The notes: generated by a model from the letters alone, not told the origin. A stretch of DNA of 64,000 nucleotides from Mustelus asterias (GCF_964213995.1 NW_027590163.1:434001-498000); one strand, 5' to 3'; shown: positions 1 through 13,173, counted from the first letter of the stretch. Program-made: numbers and translations.

Positions 1-1370
1 TCTTTTTCACGATGGAAGAAGGTGGAAGAGAGAATGTTCGGGGTGCGTGGAGTCCCCCGCTGGCTGTTTTACCAAGGCACCGAGAAGTGGAGACAAAGTT
101 AATGGATGGGAAGCTGGTTTGCGTGATGGATTGGGCTACGTTCACGACCTTTTTGGTTTCTTGCGGTCTTGGGCAGAGCAGGAGCCATACCAGGCTGTGA
201 TACAACCAGAAAGAATGTTTTCTATGGTGCATCTCTAAACGTTGGTGAGAGTTGTAGCTGACATGCCAAATTTCCTTCGTCTTCTGAGAAAGTAGAGGAG
301 CTGGTGGGGCTTTCTTAACTATATTGCTGGCATGGGGGGACCAGGACAGTTTGTTGATGATCTGGACATCTAAAAACCTGAAGCTCTCGGCCCTTTCTCC
401 TTTGTCCTCGTTGAGTCAGACAGAGACATGTTGTCCTCTCCTCTTCCTGAAGTCGATGACAATCTCCTTCGTTTTGTTAACATTGAGGGAGAGATTATTG
501 TCATTGCACCAGTTCACCAGTTTCTCGATCTCATTACTGTACTCTATCTCATAATTGTCTGAGATCCGATCCACTATAGTGATGTCGTTTCCAAACTTGA
601 CAATCGAGTTGGAGGGGAACTTGGCCGCGCAGTCATAGGTGTATGAGGAGTTACTAGGGGTTTAGAAGAAACCTTGTTTGACACCGGTGTTGAGGACGAT
701 CATGGAGAAGGTGTTGTTGTCTACCTTACTGATTGTGGTCTGTGAGTTAGGAAGTTCAGGATACATTCGCAGAAGGAGGAGCCGAGGCCTACACCACGGA
801 GGATGGAGATGTGTTCCGTAGGAATAATGGCATTTAAGGCTGAGCTGTAGTCAATAAATAGGAGTGTGGCACAAGTATCTTTGTTATCTAGGTGTTCCAG
901 GCTTGAGTGCAGGGCCAGAGAGATGGCATCTGCTGTGGACCTGTTGCAGCAGTAGGCGAACTGCAGTGGATCCAGTCAGTCCTCGAGGCTGGAATTGATT
1001 CCTGACATGATTAACATTCCGAAGCACTTCATAATGATGGCTGTCAGAGCCACCAGACGATATCAATTCAGGCACGCTGCTTGCCTTTTCTTTGGTACTC
1101 GGATGATGGTCGTCTTCTTGAAGCAGATAGGGACCTCACTTTGCTGGAAAGAGAGTTTGAAGATTTTTGCGAATACCCCGACGAGCTGATCTGCACAGGA
1201 TCTGAGTACTGATATGCTTACCCCATCCGGGCCAGCCGATTTCCGTGGGGTTGACCTTCGAGAAAGCTGTTCTGACATGTGCAATGGTGGCCTCTGAAAT
1301 AGGTTCATCCAAGGCTTCCAGAATGGAGGGAACGCATCGTTTCTGTAGTGTACTGATTACCACATTCACC
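1..1370 (-). mobile_element. Degenerate non-LTR retrotransposon RT fragment (Rex1/Babar-like LINE)
   Basis: Minus-strand ORF pieces KSAGPDGVSISVLRSCADQLVGVFAKIFKLSFQQSEVPICFKKTTIIRVPKK are typical of the N-terminal RT region of Rex1-type LINEs; broken by stops and frameshifts. Confidence 0.75.
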
Positions 1371-1644
1371 TAACGATAGATTCCCAGTTCGAAAGCGGGC
1401 GGAAACATTTGTACACTAATATACTTTTAATATACTTTTAACAACAGAGTGAGGAAAAGAACAGTCGTTCACGTTTAATGTTGAATATTAACTGAATACT
1501 GTATCTTACGCTGTGTTAAATTTACCCTTCCCTTCACGGTTTCGGACGCACTCAAACCCAGCAAAACATTTTTCACTGATTCTCGCTCTGAGGGCTCAGA
1601 AAGCCTCCCTCAAACCTGCACACTCCGGCTGATTGCTGCAGATT

Positions 1645-1840
1645 TGTGTCAGATTATTAAAGGCTCCTGCAGCACCACCTCCGTTAATAACAGTCACTCG
1701 AAGCCACATTTCAAACGGGGAAACAAAACCAACAATGATTCTCTCTTCTCCGGCTTCACAGTGAGTGAGACAGAAACAAGCAGCAGATTTCACCCCGCAG
1801 TCTCCAATCACCCACTGTCAGCAGAACGTCGCGACTGCAG
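1645..1840. repeat. ~190-bp dispersed repeat, copy 1 (copy 2 at ~2450-2650 flanks tRNA-Ile)
   Basis: CAGATTATTAA.GGCTCC...GAAGCCACATTTCA...CACAGTGAGTGAGACA...CTCCAATCACCCA present at both sites; a second ~65-bp repeat occurs at 1567-1631 and 1960-2030. Confidence 0.8.
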
Positions 1841-2337
1841 ATGCATCTGTACGTTGTTTTAAACTCAGAGTGAGGATCAATAATTTATTGTCGAAAATTA
1901 ACTCAATACAGTATTTTAATTTCCTCATACCTCTCTCGTTCTGTGCACACTCAAACGCAATATTTTTCACTGACTCCCTTTTCCAGCTCTGAAGGTTCAG
2001 AAAGCTTCTCTCAAACCTGCACATTCCGGCTCTTTCTTTCGTTGGTTAGTTGAGCATAAGCATCACTGACCGGCATTTATTGCCCATCCCGTGTTGAGAG
2101 AACCACTTTGTGGTTCTGGAATCACGTGTAGGCCAGGCCAGCTAAGAATAACAGATTTCCCCCGCCTCAAGGACATTAGTGAATCATGGGTCAATGGAGA
2201 GTGGTTCATGGTCATCAGTGGATTCTTACTTCCAAACTTCTTTATTGTATTCAACTTTCACCCGCTGTCGTGACGGTCCCAGAATATTGGCTGATCGAGC
2301 GATAATACCGCGGGGCCAACGGCTCACCTGAAGCATC

Positions 2338-2432
2338 TGCTCCATGTGAAGCTCGAACTCATAACCTCGGCATCGCCTGCTGGTTGCGTTGCTGTATAAG
2401 TACCGTGCACTAACCAATTGAGACACTGGAGC
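2338..2432 (-). tRNA. tRNA-Ile(TAT) with ~21-nt intron, probably a pseudogene
   Basis: Reverse complement GCTCCAGTGTCTCAATTGGTTAGTGCACGGTACTTATA-[CAGCAACGCAACCAGCAGGCG]-ATGCCGAGGTTATGAGTTCGAGCTTCACATGGAGCA matches the vertebrate intron-containing Ile-TAT gene; D-stem and acceptor-stem mismatches. Confidence 0.85.
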
Positions 2433-3382
2433 AACGCTCGCTGCTGCATTGCGTCAGATTATTAATGGCTCCAACAGCGTCACTCCGTTAACAGATAGTC
2501 GAAGCCACATTTCAGTCGGGGAAACAAACCCATCAATGACTCTCTCTCATCCACGTCTCCACAGTGAGTGAGACAAGGACAAGCAGCAGGACTTTACCCC
2601 GCATTCTCCAATCACCCATTCGCTGCCAGCAGAGAGCGCCGACTGCAACTTCAATCAGCGGGTTAATGCACATCCCTGGGACACAAGACCCAACCCGGTT
2701 CAAACATTCCAATACACCGAGCACAGGCTCAGGAAAACAAAGGCAGATTATACCCGGCTCACTGAACCTTCGAGCAGCATTTAAACAATACCCGGGTGAG
2801 TCACAAACAGAATTCACACCAACTTTCCAAACCTTTTCAGTGATAAATTCCTCCATTTGATTGAAAAGCTGAGTGTTGTGAATCTGAAAATGAGCACCAT
2901 GGATTTGTGTTACCCAGTGACTTGTTTCCCACTGTTCGTCCGTCAAGTTTGCAATTCCATTTGTGTTGTATATTGAAGGGAATCTCATTTCAAAATGAGG
3001 AGGAAGCAAGGAAAATATTAAATCTTGGAACAAATCCTGATGGAAATACATCACAATATTTGGAAACAGGTGCAGCTGTGAATGGTGTCATTGATGATTG
3101 AGTGGAAAGTATTGGATCCTTGGGCTTCTGGTGGTCAGTTAACTTCCCTCCCGTTGAATTCCTCCCTGTGATAAGAGAAATGGATTCATTTTACCTGCAT
3201 GTTATCGGAGAAACGGAATAACCTCTATACCACAGCAATACTGCGGGATCAAAATAACCAAACAGACTTGTACAGGGTTGTAAACGGTACCGACATGATG
3301 GAGATCTGGAACAGGTTTAGCAGAAATATAATTGTGGTCATTGACTCCCTGGTTTTGAATATCTATGGTAGCTCCCGTTTTA

Positions 3383-3456
3383 GGCTCTGTGGCGCAAATT
3401 GTCAGCTCACTCGGTTGTTAAGCGGAAGGCTCGTTCTTCGAGACCACCCAGGGACG
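3383..3456 (+). pseudogene. tRNA-Asn(GTT) pseudogene
   Basis: GGCTCTGTGGCGCAAATTGTCAGCTCACTCGGTTGTTAAGCGGAAGGCTCGTTCTTCGAGACCACCCAGGGACG is colinear (74 nt) with vertebrate Asn-GTT, with many stem mismatches. Confidence 0.8.
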
Positions 3457-3959
3457 GACCTTTCACTGTTTTCTCTGCATCTTCATTCAAACGCAAACAG
3501 TTGCGAGTTGGTAATGGTCCGTGGGCGTCAATAAGAAAAAGCTCTCAAGTGTAACCGGCTGTGCTGTCATCTGGTATTACCTACATTATTTAATGTCTAT
3601 TGATTTCAAACATATTGCATATAATAATGTGTATATGCTTCCATTATACTATGAGACTGAACAATTGGAATAGAAATATTAATTTGCGGCTCAAAATGTG
3701 TTCCAACTCCATATTCCATGTTCCCAGTCATTGCTGGATAGATCACAAATCTGTCTCACCCAGACTGAAATGTGTTCAATGATGGAGCATTTACAAGCCT
3801 CTGGCGTGAACTCTGAATATTAGCTACCCTTTGAGCGAAGCAATTCCTCCTCACCTCAGACCTAAATAATCATCGCCTTATCCTGAGATTGTGCTCCGTG
3901 TTTTAGATTCCCGGACCAAGGAAAATATTATCTCAGCAACCACCCTTCAAATTCGTAGA

Positions 3960-4260
3960 ATCAGAGAATTCCTGCAGTACAGAAGGAGGCCATTCGGTAC
4001 ACCACGCCTATACCGATAACAATCTCACCTCCACCATATCCCCGTCGCACCACGTATTCACCTTGCTAATTCTTCTGACACTGCGAGGCAATTTAGCATG
4101 GCCAGTCCACCGAACCCACACATTTTGGGCAGGAAAGCGGTGCACCCAGAAGGAAATGCTCGCATACAAGGGGAAAACGTGCAAGCTCCAAACAGACAGT
4201 CACACGAGGCCGGAATTGAAACCGGATCTCTGACGCTCTGAAGCAGCAGTGCTGCACTCA
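3960..4260 (-). mobile_element. HE1-type V-SINE, old copy
   Basis: Diverged match to the young SINE copies at 59710-60060 and 63041-63380. Confidence 0.75.
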
Positions 4261-5285
4261 GTCAGTATTGTGTCGGTTTCATTGAAATCTTCTCTCATTC
4301 TGCGAAACTCCAGAGAATTTCACTTTAATATCGTCAGCCTGTCATCACAGAGTAACTCAACCCAGAGAAGAGTCTAGTGAACCTTCGCTGTACCGTCTCC
4401 CATAAATGCATAGCCTACTCTGACGAAGGGTCATCCTGACTCAAAACGTTGAATTTATCATCTCTCCAGAGATGCTGTAAGACCTGTTATGATTTTGCAG
4501 GAGTTACTGTTTCTGGTTCAGTTTCCAACAACCTCACTATTTTGGTTTTATTCCGTCTTAAATGTGGAGACCCAAACTGCGCGCACTATTCCAGATGTGG
4601 TCTCAACAATACCCTGAATAACTGTAGCAAGACTTGGAAACTTAACTGCGTGCTGAAGGCTGGAAGGAGAGGGTGACAATGGACAATTGGCATTGAGTAC
4701 ATTCCTGTAATCAGTGACTGGGAGGTTCAGGAAGCGAAGGTATCTGTGTCTCTTTCTGCTGTCCTCTCTAAACTCCATGTCCTCTCAATGCCGTGTGCCT
4801 GACATTCCCTGCCCCTGCTTTCCTGCTGAAGCTCGGGTTCACGAACTGTCTGTGTCTGTATCAAGCAGATAATTGGCCTTGGGTGCTGGACGGCCAGAGG
4901 GAGATGGATGAGATGCAGAGAAAGAAACAGGAAGAGAAGCGACATGACAGTGTTTCGTAAATGACTTATGTCAGTTTCTCTCCGTGATGAATGCCTGCCG
5001 TGTGTTACCTTGCAAGTTTCACAGAAGCCACAATGATGAGTTTGGTGGGTTTTGGAAACTGAAAGTGTCACAAGAGCAGCTTGCGGGACTATTTCACCTC
5101 ACTGTCGATTTCATGCTCCAGCTAACAGTAATCGCTGTTTTCATTGGCTGAAGCAGTCACGTGTGTTCGATTCGGACATGACAATTTAAAGGAGAAACTT
5201 GTTTTGGCGAATAAACCGTCTGCAATAAAAATAGAAGGCAGATGGTTCATGGCTAAATTAGTGTCTTAAATAACGTGCATCAACT

Positions 5286-5357
5286 TTCCTGATGGTCCAG
5301 TGGTTAGGATTCGGAGTTCTTACCATCGTGATCCCGCTTCGATTTCCGGTCAGGGAA
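5286..5357 (+). pseudogene. tRNA-Glu pseudogene
   Basis: TTCCTGATGGTCCAGTGGTTAGGATTCGGAGTTCTTACCATCGTGATCCCGCTTCGATTTCCGGTCAGGGAA is colinear (72 nt) with vertebrate Glu-CTC; anticodon arm and B box are damaged. Confidence 0.8.
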
Positions 5358-5399
5358 TGTCGATTTCTTGATGTGTAACAATGCTGCGTAACTTCATTC

Positions 5400-6810
5400 A
5401 TGTTTCATTCATGCTTCATTCTTATCTTCCTGCGGGTAATTTCAACCATTTATATTCAGTATTTGTTTCATGGAATCATAGAATCCCTACGGTGCTGAAA
5501 AGGCCATTCGGCCCAATGAACCTGCAGTGACGCCAGAGTATGGTAAAAAGGCTCTTCCCCGTTCGATCCCCGTAACACTTGTCCTTTCCCATGGCTAATC
5601 TATTTAGCCAAGGGGAAATTTAGCATGCCCAATCCACCTAACCTGCGAATTCTCATTCAATATTTAATGTCAACACATTTATTGAAGATATATATATCCT
5701 AATTCAGAATTTAATATCCTTGGAATGTACAATCGGTCTGTCGTCATTGTTCAACTCCACTCTGTTGCTGCAGGTTCTTATGGTTAGACTGAAGGTTCGT
5801 GTACTTGAGCACAAGAAAACAACCGTTATTTTCAATTTGATGTCTCAAGTTATCGAGAATTTCATAATTTAAAAGGGTTCGTCTGGCGAATCGCGAAGGG
5901 GGCAATGATTTATGTTTAAGCATTAATGCATCATTCTCATCTTCCGTCGAATAATTTGAACCAGTTATATCCAGTATTTGCGTTTTTCAACATTTAATAT
6001 CAATACATTTATTTGACACATATGTCCTCATTCTGAATTGAATATCTCTGAAATAAAGAACATTGAATTGCAAACATGATTGACCAACAATGAAATCGAG
6101 TCACTGGGTAATACAGATCCCATGGTACTTATTTGAGATTAACAGTCATCTTTTAAACCAAATCAAACATATTTTAAGGGAAGAGATTTGAGAATGATCT
6201 GCTAGTTATACTTGATCTCTCTTTATGCTCTGCGTGAAACATTCCGGCGCCTCAATCTCGTTCATCTATCGGAATTCCAGCAGGTCCACACTGATTCTCG
6301 ATTCCCTCATCTGTCTGAGAGGTTTTTCCTATTTATTTATCATGAAGAACAATGTTAAAAAGATGTTGCTGGGCAATGGGCGGCACGTTAGCACTGCGGC
6401 TTCACAGCTCCAGAGGACCTGGGTTCGAATCCCGGCTCAGGTCGCTGTCTGTGTGGAGTTTGCACATTCTCCCTGTGTCTGCGTGGGTTTTTTCTGGGTG
6501 CTCCTGTTTCCTCCCACAATCCAAAGATGTGCGGGCTAGATTGATTGGTCATTCTAAATTGCCCCTTAGTGTCCCGGGATGCATAGGTTAGAGGGGTTAG
6601 AGGGTTAATATGTAGGGATATGTGGATAGGGCCTAGGTGGGATTGTGGTTGGTGGAGACTGGATGGGCCGAATGGCCTCTTTCCACACTGTAAGGGTCTA
6701 TGATTCTAGAATGTGCGCCATTTCCTCTCGTTCAGTTACAGTTTCACATGGATCTGCCTTTATGAGCATGCAATAATATTAGACACGTTGCAGATGGTGA
6801 TTTCAGACTA
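5400..6810 (-). repeat. Inverted partial copies of the ~1.07-kb tRNA-Val array unit (tRNA absent), interrupted by SINEs
   Basis: The reverse complement contains GAACCTGCAGCAACAGAGTGGAGTTGAACA, GATGAGGGAATCGAGAATCAGTG and CATCTGCAACGTGTCTAATA, which are shared with units at 21.7-28.6 kb. Confidence 0.8.
6370..6710 (+). mobile_element. HE1-type V-SINE
   Basis: tRNA-like head (GGTTCGAATCCC B box), V-SINE core TGTGTGGAGTTTGCACATTCTCC, CR1-like 3' end GGGCCGAATGGCCT and TCTATGATTCTA tail. Confidence 0.9.
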
Positions 6811-7359
6811 TCTCACCCAAGGGTCAATTTAGCATACCTAATCTGTGTCTTGACCCAGACTTTGAAGGAGAGTCATAGAATCATAGAAACCCTACAGTGC
6901 AGAAGGAGGCCATTCGGCCCATCGAGTCTGCACCGACCACAATCCCACCCAGGCCCGGCCAGCGTTCTTGAAGAGGCCTGAAGAACTTGAGCTGCTTCTC
7001 CATTTTTTCGTACTTAAGGGTAGTCACGATTGATAGGAATAAGATTTGGAAGAAACTGACATTTTTAACGTATTGATTGAAGAATGTGACGAAACGTCAA
7101 TTCTTTATTTTTTCAGTCATTCGTGGGATGTGGGCGATTCATTGTCCGTTCCTGAGGGTATTTCAGAGTCCACCACATTGCTGTGGATCATCAGTCACAT
7201 GCAGGCCAAACCACGTGAGGACGGCATATTTCCTTCCCTATAGGACATTAGTGAGCCAGGTGGATTTTACAATGTTTGGCAACGATTTCATCGCAATCAT
7301 TAGACTTTTAACTCCAGCTTTCGATACTTTTAACTCAAATTCATATTTTCGCCAACGGA

Positions 7360-8040
7360 AGATGATTTTATACAGTCAGCATGTAAAGTGGCATCAGTGG
7401 TTTTCAAAGTTTACATATCAATATGTAATATAATATCGAGGCAATACTATTTTGTTTATCTTTGCATCATTATAAAAATAAAAAAAAATACTGAACAGGA
7501 CATGGCAAAAAATTATACAGTCGGAGCCTAGTATATTAATGAAGGACCCACGGACTATTAAAGAATTCGGAGGGCCTTAAAACATTCAGAGACAGAGATT
7601 AGTGTAATTATGAAGGAGAAAATGGCCAACACAAGAATAACGTGGGTCCGGTAAAACATTAGCAGAGAATAAGCCAATTGTAATAATCATGAGGCCTAGG
7701 ACTGGTACAAAAATATCCTAACATTGACTTAAGTGATTCAGTCTCAGTTTTGTTTCCCAACCCCCAAGCGATGCGTTTTGTGGTGTCTCATTGCATTAAA
7801 CGTGCTGTTGAAGTGGAAGTTGTTTGGACGAATGCACTTTGTGTGGTGTGGATGGTTGTTGGTGCATGCCAGGATAATTTGTGTGGTGTAGGTTTACAAG
7901 CCCTGTTTAGTATTTTACTAGGATACAGGGATAAACAAAACAGAGCTTTACTGTGTTGTCTCTATATGATATTACACAATGACATGTAACCTTTGAAAAC
8001 CATTGATGCCATTTTACATGCTGATTGCATAAATCATTTT
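7360..8040. repeat. ~680-bp element bounded by ~120-140-bp inverted repeats (MITE/foldback-like)
   Basis: 7362-~7500 is the diverged reverse complement of ~7900-8038; both strands translate to QHVKWHQWFSK in the ORF track. Confidence 0.7.
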
Positions 8041-8242
8041 CAATCGCCTCCCTGGAGTTCCCCAAAATTTTCACATCTTCCCAGAAGGAACATGGCAAAT
8101 TAATGCTGAATCTGTTTGTTCACGTAACTGGAAATTATTGTGAAAAATGCCTCCCTATAGATTTACAGCAGTATAAATGAAGGCATATTTGACCTTGTCA
8201 AAGACAATTTCTGTGTTCAACTGTCATTGCTTCTTATACAGA

Positions 8243-8312
8243 ATGCATGGTCGAATAAGTGGTGTAGTTTATGCCATTTATTATCCAATTCTTGCCGCCA
8301 TTGGAGTTCCGG
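8243..8312 (+). CDS. GPR139-like GPCR, coding exon 1 (MHGRISGVVYAIYYPILAAIGVP)
   Basis: YYPxLxxxGVP is the TM1 start of GPR139/GPR142-type receptors; a phase-1 GTAAG donor at 8313 joins in frame (G|TT = Val) to the acceptor at 17995. Confidence 0.85.
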
Positions 8313-8559
8313 GTAAGTCGTTTTACGAAATTATTGACTTGACAAATCACTGTGTTATTAAGTTAGTACTGTACACAATAATTAACAGTGTATCATTTTC
8401 CGAATATTTACTAAAACCTTATTTACCCAGCAGCACTCGAGCTTTTCATCATTTAAAAACTCGTTTTTTAAAACTCCAACTTTAATCGTTAATTCTCTGG
8501 CACATCTGATAGACTCTCTCTATAATATATAAATACATTGTGGAGAACATAAAAATTAA

Positions 8560-10560
8560 CTGTAAAGCTTTCTAAAATGTGAAAAAAAGATTGATGAAGA
8601 TAAATGTTGGTCCCTTACCATCGGAAACAGTGGAATTTATGATGGGGAACAAATAAATGGCTCACCAACATCACCTCACAAAGGAGGACACAAATAACAT
8701 ACCAGAAATGTCGGGGAACACACGGTTTAGTGAGAGAGAGGAACTGAAGGAAATTAGTACTAATAGAGCAGTAGTGTTGGGAAATTGATGGGATGGATGG
8801 CCGATAAATTCTCAGGACCTGATAATCTGCAACCCAGACTACTTAAGGAAGTGGGCTGAGGTATAGTGGATGAATTGGTGGTCATCTTCCAAGATTCTAC
8901 CGATTCAGAAAAGTTTCCAGAAAATTGAGTATAGCTAATGTAACCACACTATATAAAAAAAGATCCAGAGAGAAAACAGGGAATTATACTCAGCCTGCAT
9001 TCGGTACTTGGGAAAAGTCTATAGTCCATTATCAAGGATTTAATGATGATGGAGAGATGCCGGCGTTGGAATGGGGTGGGCACGGTAAGAAGTCTCACAA
9101 CACCAGGTTAAAGTCCAACAGATTTATCTGGAATCACGAGCAGCGCTCCAAAAGCTCATGATTCCAAATAAACCTCTTGGACTTTAACCTGTTGTTGTGA
9201 GACGTCGTACCAATGATTTAATAACAGAGAACTTGGACAACAGAGGCAGCATCAGAAAGAGTCAGCATGAATTTAGGAAAGGAAAATCATGCTTGACAAA
9301 TCTGCTGGCGTTCTTTGAGCATGTAACTAGTAGAGTTGATGAGGGGGAGCCAGTGCATTTGGTTTACTTGGACTTTCAGAAGGTTTTAGACAAAGATCCA
9401 CATAGGAGATTGGCATGCAAATTTAAAGTGCATGGGATTTGGGAGAAGTGTATTGAAATGGTAAGGGACCTACATCTATCTTGTGGTTGACAGAAAGGAA
9501 ACAAAGAGTAGGAATTAGCAGTCTTATTCCAAGTGGCAAGCAGTGATAGTGGGATACTTCATGGATCAATGTTTTGACCCGAGCTATTCATTATATATGT
9601 TACTGATTTAGATAAGGGAACTAAACGTATTACCATCCAATTTGCAGATGACACCAAGCTGGGTGGGAGGGTGAGCTGTGAGCAGGATGCATTGATGCTT
9701 CAATGTGATTTGGATAAGCTGAGGGAACGGAACAATGCATGACAGATGCAATATAATGTGTATGAATTTGAGGTTACTCAAATTGGTAGAGATAACCGGG
9801 TGGCAAATTATTATCTAAATGGTTATAACTTAAGAGAGGGAGATGTGCAACAAGACCAGGCTGTCCTCGTACACCAGTCACTGAAGGTAAACATGCAGGT
9901 GCAGCAGGTGGTAAGAAGGCAAATGGTATATTACCCTTCATAGCATGAGGATTCGAGTACAAGAGCAGGGATGTCTTGCTGACATTATACAGGGCATTAG
10001 TGAGGCCACTCCTGGAATAATGTGTGCAGTTTTTGTAACATTATCTGAGGAAGAATGTTCTTGCTGTAGAGAGAGGGGAGAAAAGTTTTTTCAGACTTAT
10101 TTCTGGGATTTCGCTACTTGCATATAAAGAGAGATTGAGTCGTTTAGGATTATAATCGCTTTAGGCTAATAGAATGGGGGGAGAGGAATCTCATGGAAAC
10201 GTGTAAAATTTCAATAGGACCAGACAGGATAGATGGCGGAAGAATGTTCCCCAGGGTGGTGGCATCCAGAAGCAAGGGTCATTGTCGAAGGAGACGTGGA
10301 AAACCTTTTAGGACTGAGATGAGGAGAAACGTCTTCACCCAGAGAGATGTAAACCTGTGGAATTCGCTACCATGAAAAGTAGTTCAGTCAAAAACATTGT
10401 ACGTTTTCAACAAGGGATTAAATAATCTTCCTGGGGTGATTGGGATCAAGAGGTTTGGGAGAAAGGTTGCATCAGGTTATTGAGCTGGATGATGAGCTAT
10501 GATCATAATGAAAGGTGGAGCAGGCTCAAAAACCGAATGGCCTCCTCCTGCTTCGATTTG
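8560..10560 (+). mobile_element. Degenerate CR1-clade LINE (ORF2 RT part plus 3' end) in the GPCR intron
   Basis: ORF fragments GKSCLTNLLAFFE, VYLDFQK and FTQRDVNLWNSLP; many stops. Confidence 0.9.
9045..9214. mobile_element. Short palindromic Penelope-derived element inserted in CR1
   Basis: Arms GTAAGAAGTCTCACAACACCAGGTTAAAGTCC / GGACTTTAACCTGTTGTTGTGAGACG match the termini of the Penelope element at 44-46 kb; GATTTAAT is duplicated at 9037-9044 and 9215-9222. Confidence 0.8.
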
Positions 10561-11659
10561 CTACGCCCACTTGTTTCTATAAATATAGGCGACATTCTCG
10601 AAAGCTGCAGCTCCTGGGCATCCTGCTACAGAGATAACTTGAAAGAGATTTCTAACAATACACCCTTTTGGTAGCTTTTGCTGCGTATTGGTCTAAGTCA
10701 GGCAGGAGTAAGTAGATTAGCCAGTGTTAGAATTGAGTTGAATTATGATATCATTGTTTTCAGATGGATTACCTTTCTGGAGCGATGTGGAATGAGAACA
10801 GATTCGCTGTCAGCCATTTCATACTTCTGCTTAAAGTCAAGATTCACCCGTTTTAAACGGCAGACGACTGCAATTGATATTGAGCTGCACAGCTCATTGG
10901 CTCCTAGTTTTACACGCGATCTGGATTACTGTTACGTTGACATCAGAGGAGAAGCAAATCGGGTCCAGTGTAAATCACGCAGGTCACTCACACCAACACC
11001 AAACTAGTTTCATCGCCAAGTCCACGAAACAACTGCCCAGATATTGAATCACCCAACTAGTGACATAGCATCCGTATACATCTTCTCTATATATTTGAGG
11101 GTATTTTTATTGTGCAATTACTATTTTCCATCCTGCGCCATACCTGTTCTTTAGATTGGCTTATTGTGAGTTTGTTAACCGGAATGACGGCAGTGTTTAC
11201 AATGAAAGCCATGGAGCTATGAATTATTTGCATACAAATTGGGTAAATCTATATAATGATCTGATCAGAATAATTACTAGTCTCAGGTGTTTTAATGGTT
11301 ATTACATCTCGTTGCAAAGTGAATCACACTTAACGAATATGTTCACTTAAGCATTGTGGTTTGTCTAATACATAATTAGTCACTGAGTGATTCACTTTGA
11401 CTATTAACCAGATAAATATTTACCTGCTGGAACGACACTTACCGAGTTGTCGGTTATTGTTTTAACAGATGTTTTTTTCTACAATGTGCACCAAAGCTGC
11501 TTCATGAAAGAAGGAAGGGATTGTTTTCTTTTTCATTTCTGGCAGAGGACCGAGATCAGGCATATGTAACAAAAACATGGTTGAGGCTAGCAGAGGAGAT
11601 TATCGGTAAATTATTGATATTTGATGGGAATCATATAATATTCTGACATAGGAGTTTTT

Positions 11660-11990
11660 GGTTATGTTACTGGATTAACGATGCAGAAGCTGGACTAATG
11701 GTCCGGAGACATGAGTTGAAATCCCACAACTTAATTTAAATTGAGCCAACAGAACAATCTTAAATGGTGGCATCTGTAATAGTAATCTGTAATACCAGAT
11801 TACTGCAAAAACTCCATCTGGTTCCATATCTTTCTTTATGGAAGGAAATCGACACTTGCGGATATATGTTTCCAGGTCCACAATGGTATAACTGAACATT
11901 AACCACACTCTGAAATGACCCAGAAAACCGCTCAGTCGATAGGTGGCGGTGGATAATAACTGCTGGTGTTCCAAAGACGCTCAAGACCCG
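11660..11990 (+). mobile_element. Second tRNA-derived SINE family (other copies on - at ~2060-2310, 7110-7345, 19470-19815, 48500-48885)
   Basis: Shared core CCATCTGGTTC...GGAAGGAAATC...ACTCTGAAATG and a tRNA-like head in the best copy (48500-48885). Confidence 0.7.
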
Positions 11991-12786
11991 CCCATGGAAA
12001 AATATATAAGACCTGCAGTTGATGCCATCATGACTGTGGGATGAATCGGGGAATAGGCCTACATTCGGAAAGCGCTGTTAACCTGAGAGTCTGGTATTTT
12101 GCCAGTCGGACACCGCTTGAGCAACACATGATTTTGTAAGGAGGGATTTTGCAAACGGCTGGATACATGATCAGCCAACTGTGTTTAAATGAACAATGGG
12201 CAAGTTTAATGCTTGTGTCATTTAACTATTATCTGAAGTTGTGAATGGCTATTTTAACGTTCTGGTGAGAGGCTACGTTTGCAGTAAGCTTCAGTGAGCT
12301 GCATGAAGTTTGCATTTCTTTCACCTGGGATAAAGCCCCGAGTACAATGTGACCAATAAACCATAGTTAATGGTAAATTCGCTAGGAAGGTAGGCGACCC
12401 GTTGTTCTGGAGACAGAATGATGGACATCATGGTCGCTGCATCCAAATGTGCAAGCTAATATCTGTTAAATACCATATCCAAGGATATCTCTAGGTCTCA
12501 AACTGTAGCCTGTATATTAATTGTTCGTATAGGACCTAGATGCGATCGATAATTTGGCTGGGACACTATGCAGTAGGGAGACAGAACAGGAGGTTGAGGA
12601 CAGCACATAAGTTAAAGAGAGCATAATAATTAGTAAAGGCAATGTCAGTAGTCCTACTACCAGACAGATCACACAAAAGCAAGACAGAGAGCAAGGAAAG
12701 TCCAGATATTACTGCATTTATTACAATGCAAGAGGCCTGACGGGCAAGGCCGATGAACTCAGGGCATGGATGGGTACGTGGAACTG

Positions 12787-12893
12787 GGATATTATAGCAA
12801 TTATTATCTTATATTATAGCAATTATTATAGCAATATTATAGCAATGCTATTGTATAATATTATAGCAATTATTATAGCAATATTATAGCAAT
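12787..12893. repeat. Local tandem expansion of (TATTATAGCAA)n inside the CR1 APE region
   Basis: About seven imperfect TATTATAGCAA units at a site where intact CR1 copies have a single DIIAI codon stretch. Confidence 0.85.
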
Positions 12894-13173
12894 ACTGAAA
12901 CATGGCTAAGGGAAAGACAGGAATGGCAGCTCAGTGTTCCAGGGTGCAGATGCTACAGGAAAGATAGAATAGAAGGTAAGAGACGAGGCAGAGTTGCATT
13001 TTTGATTAGGGAAAACATCACAGCAGCATTTAGAAGGGATATATCCGAGGGTTCCCCCGCTGAGTCTTTGGAGGTGGAACTGAGAAATAAGAAGGGGGAA
13101 ATCTCTTTGATAGGTTTTTACTATAGGCCCCAAATAGTCAGCAGGAAATTGAGGAGCAAATGTGTAAGGAGAT

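Noticed and set aside
2533-3534. Medium ORFs (173 aa minus, 111 aa plus) as genes
   Set aside because: No recognisable domain or splice structure; one overlaps a tRNA pseudogene and the other a repeat
12787-12893. Short direct repeats that could be taken for a CRISPR-like array
   Set aside because: 11-bp AT-rich units without unique spacers, derived by slippage from CR1 coding sequence; eukaryotic context
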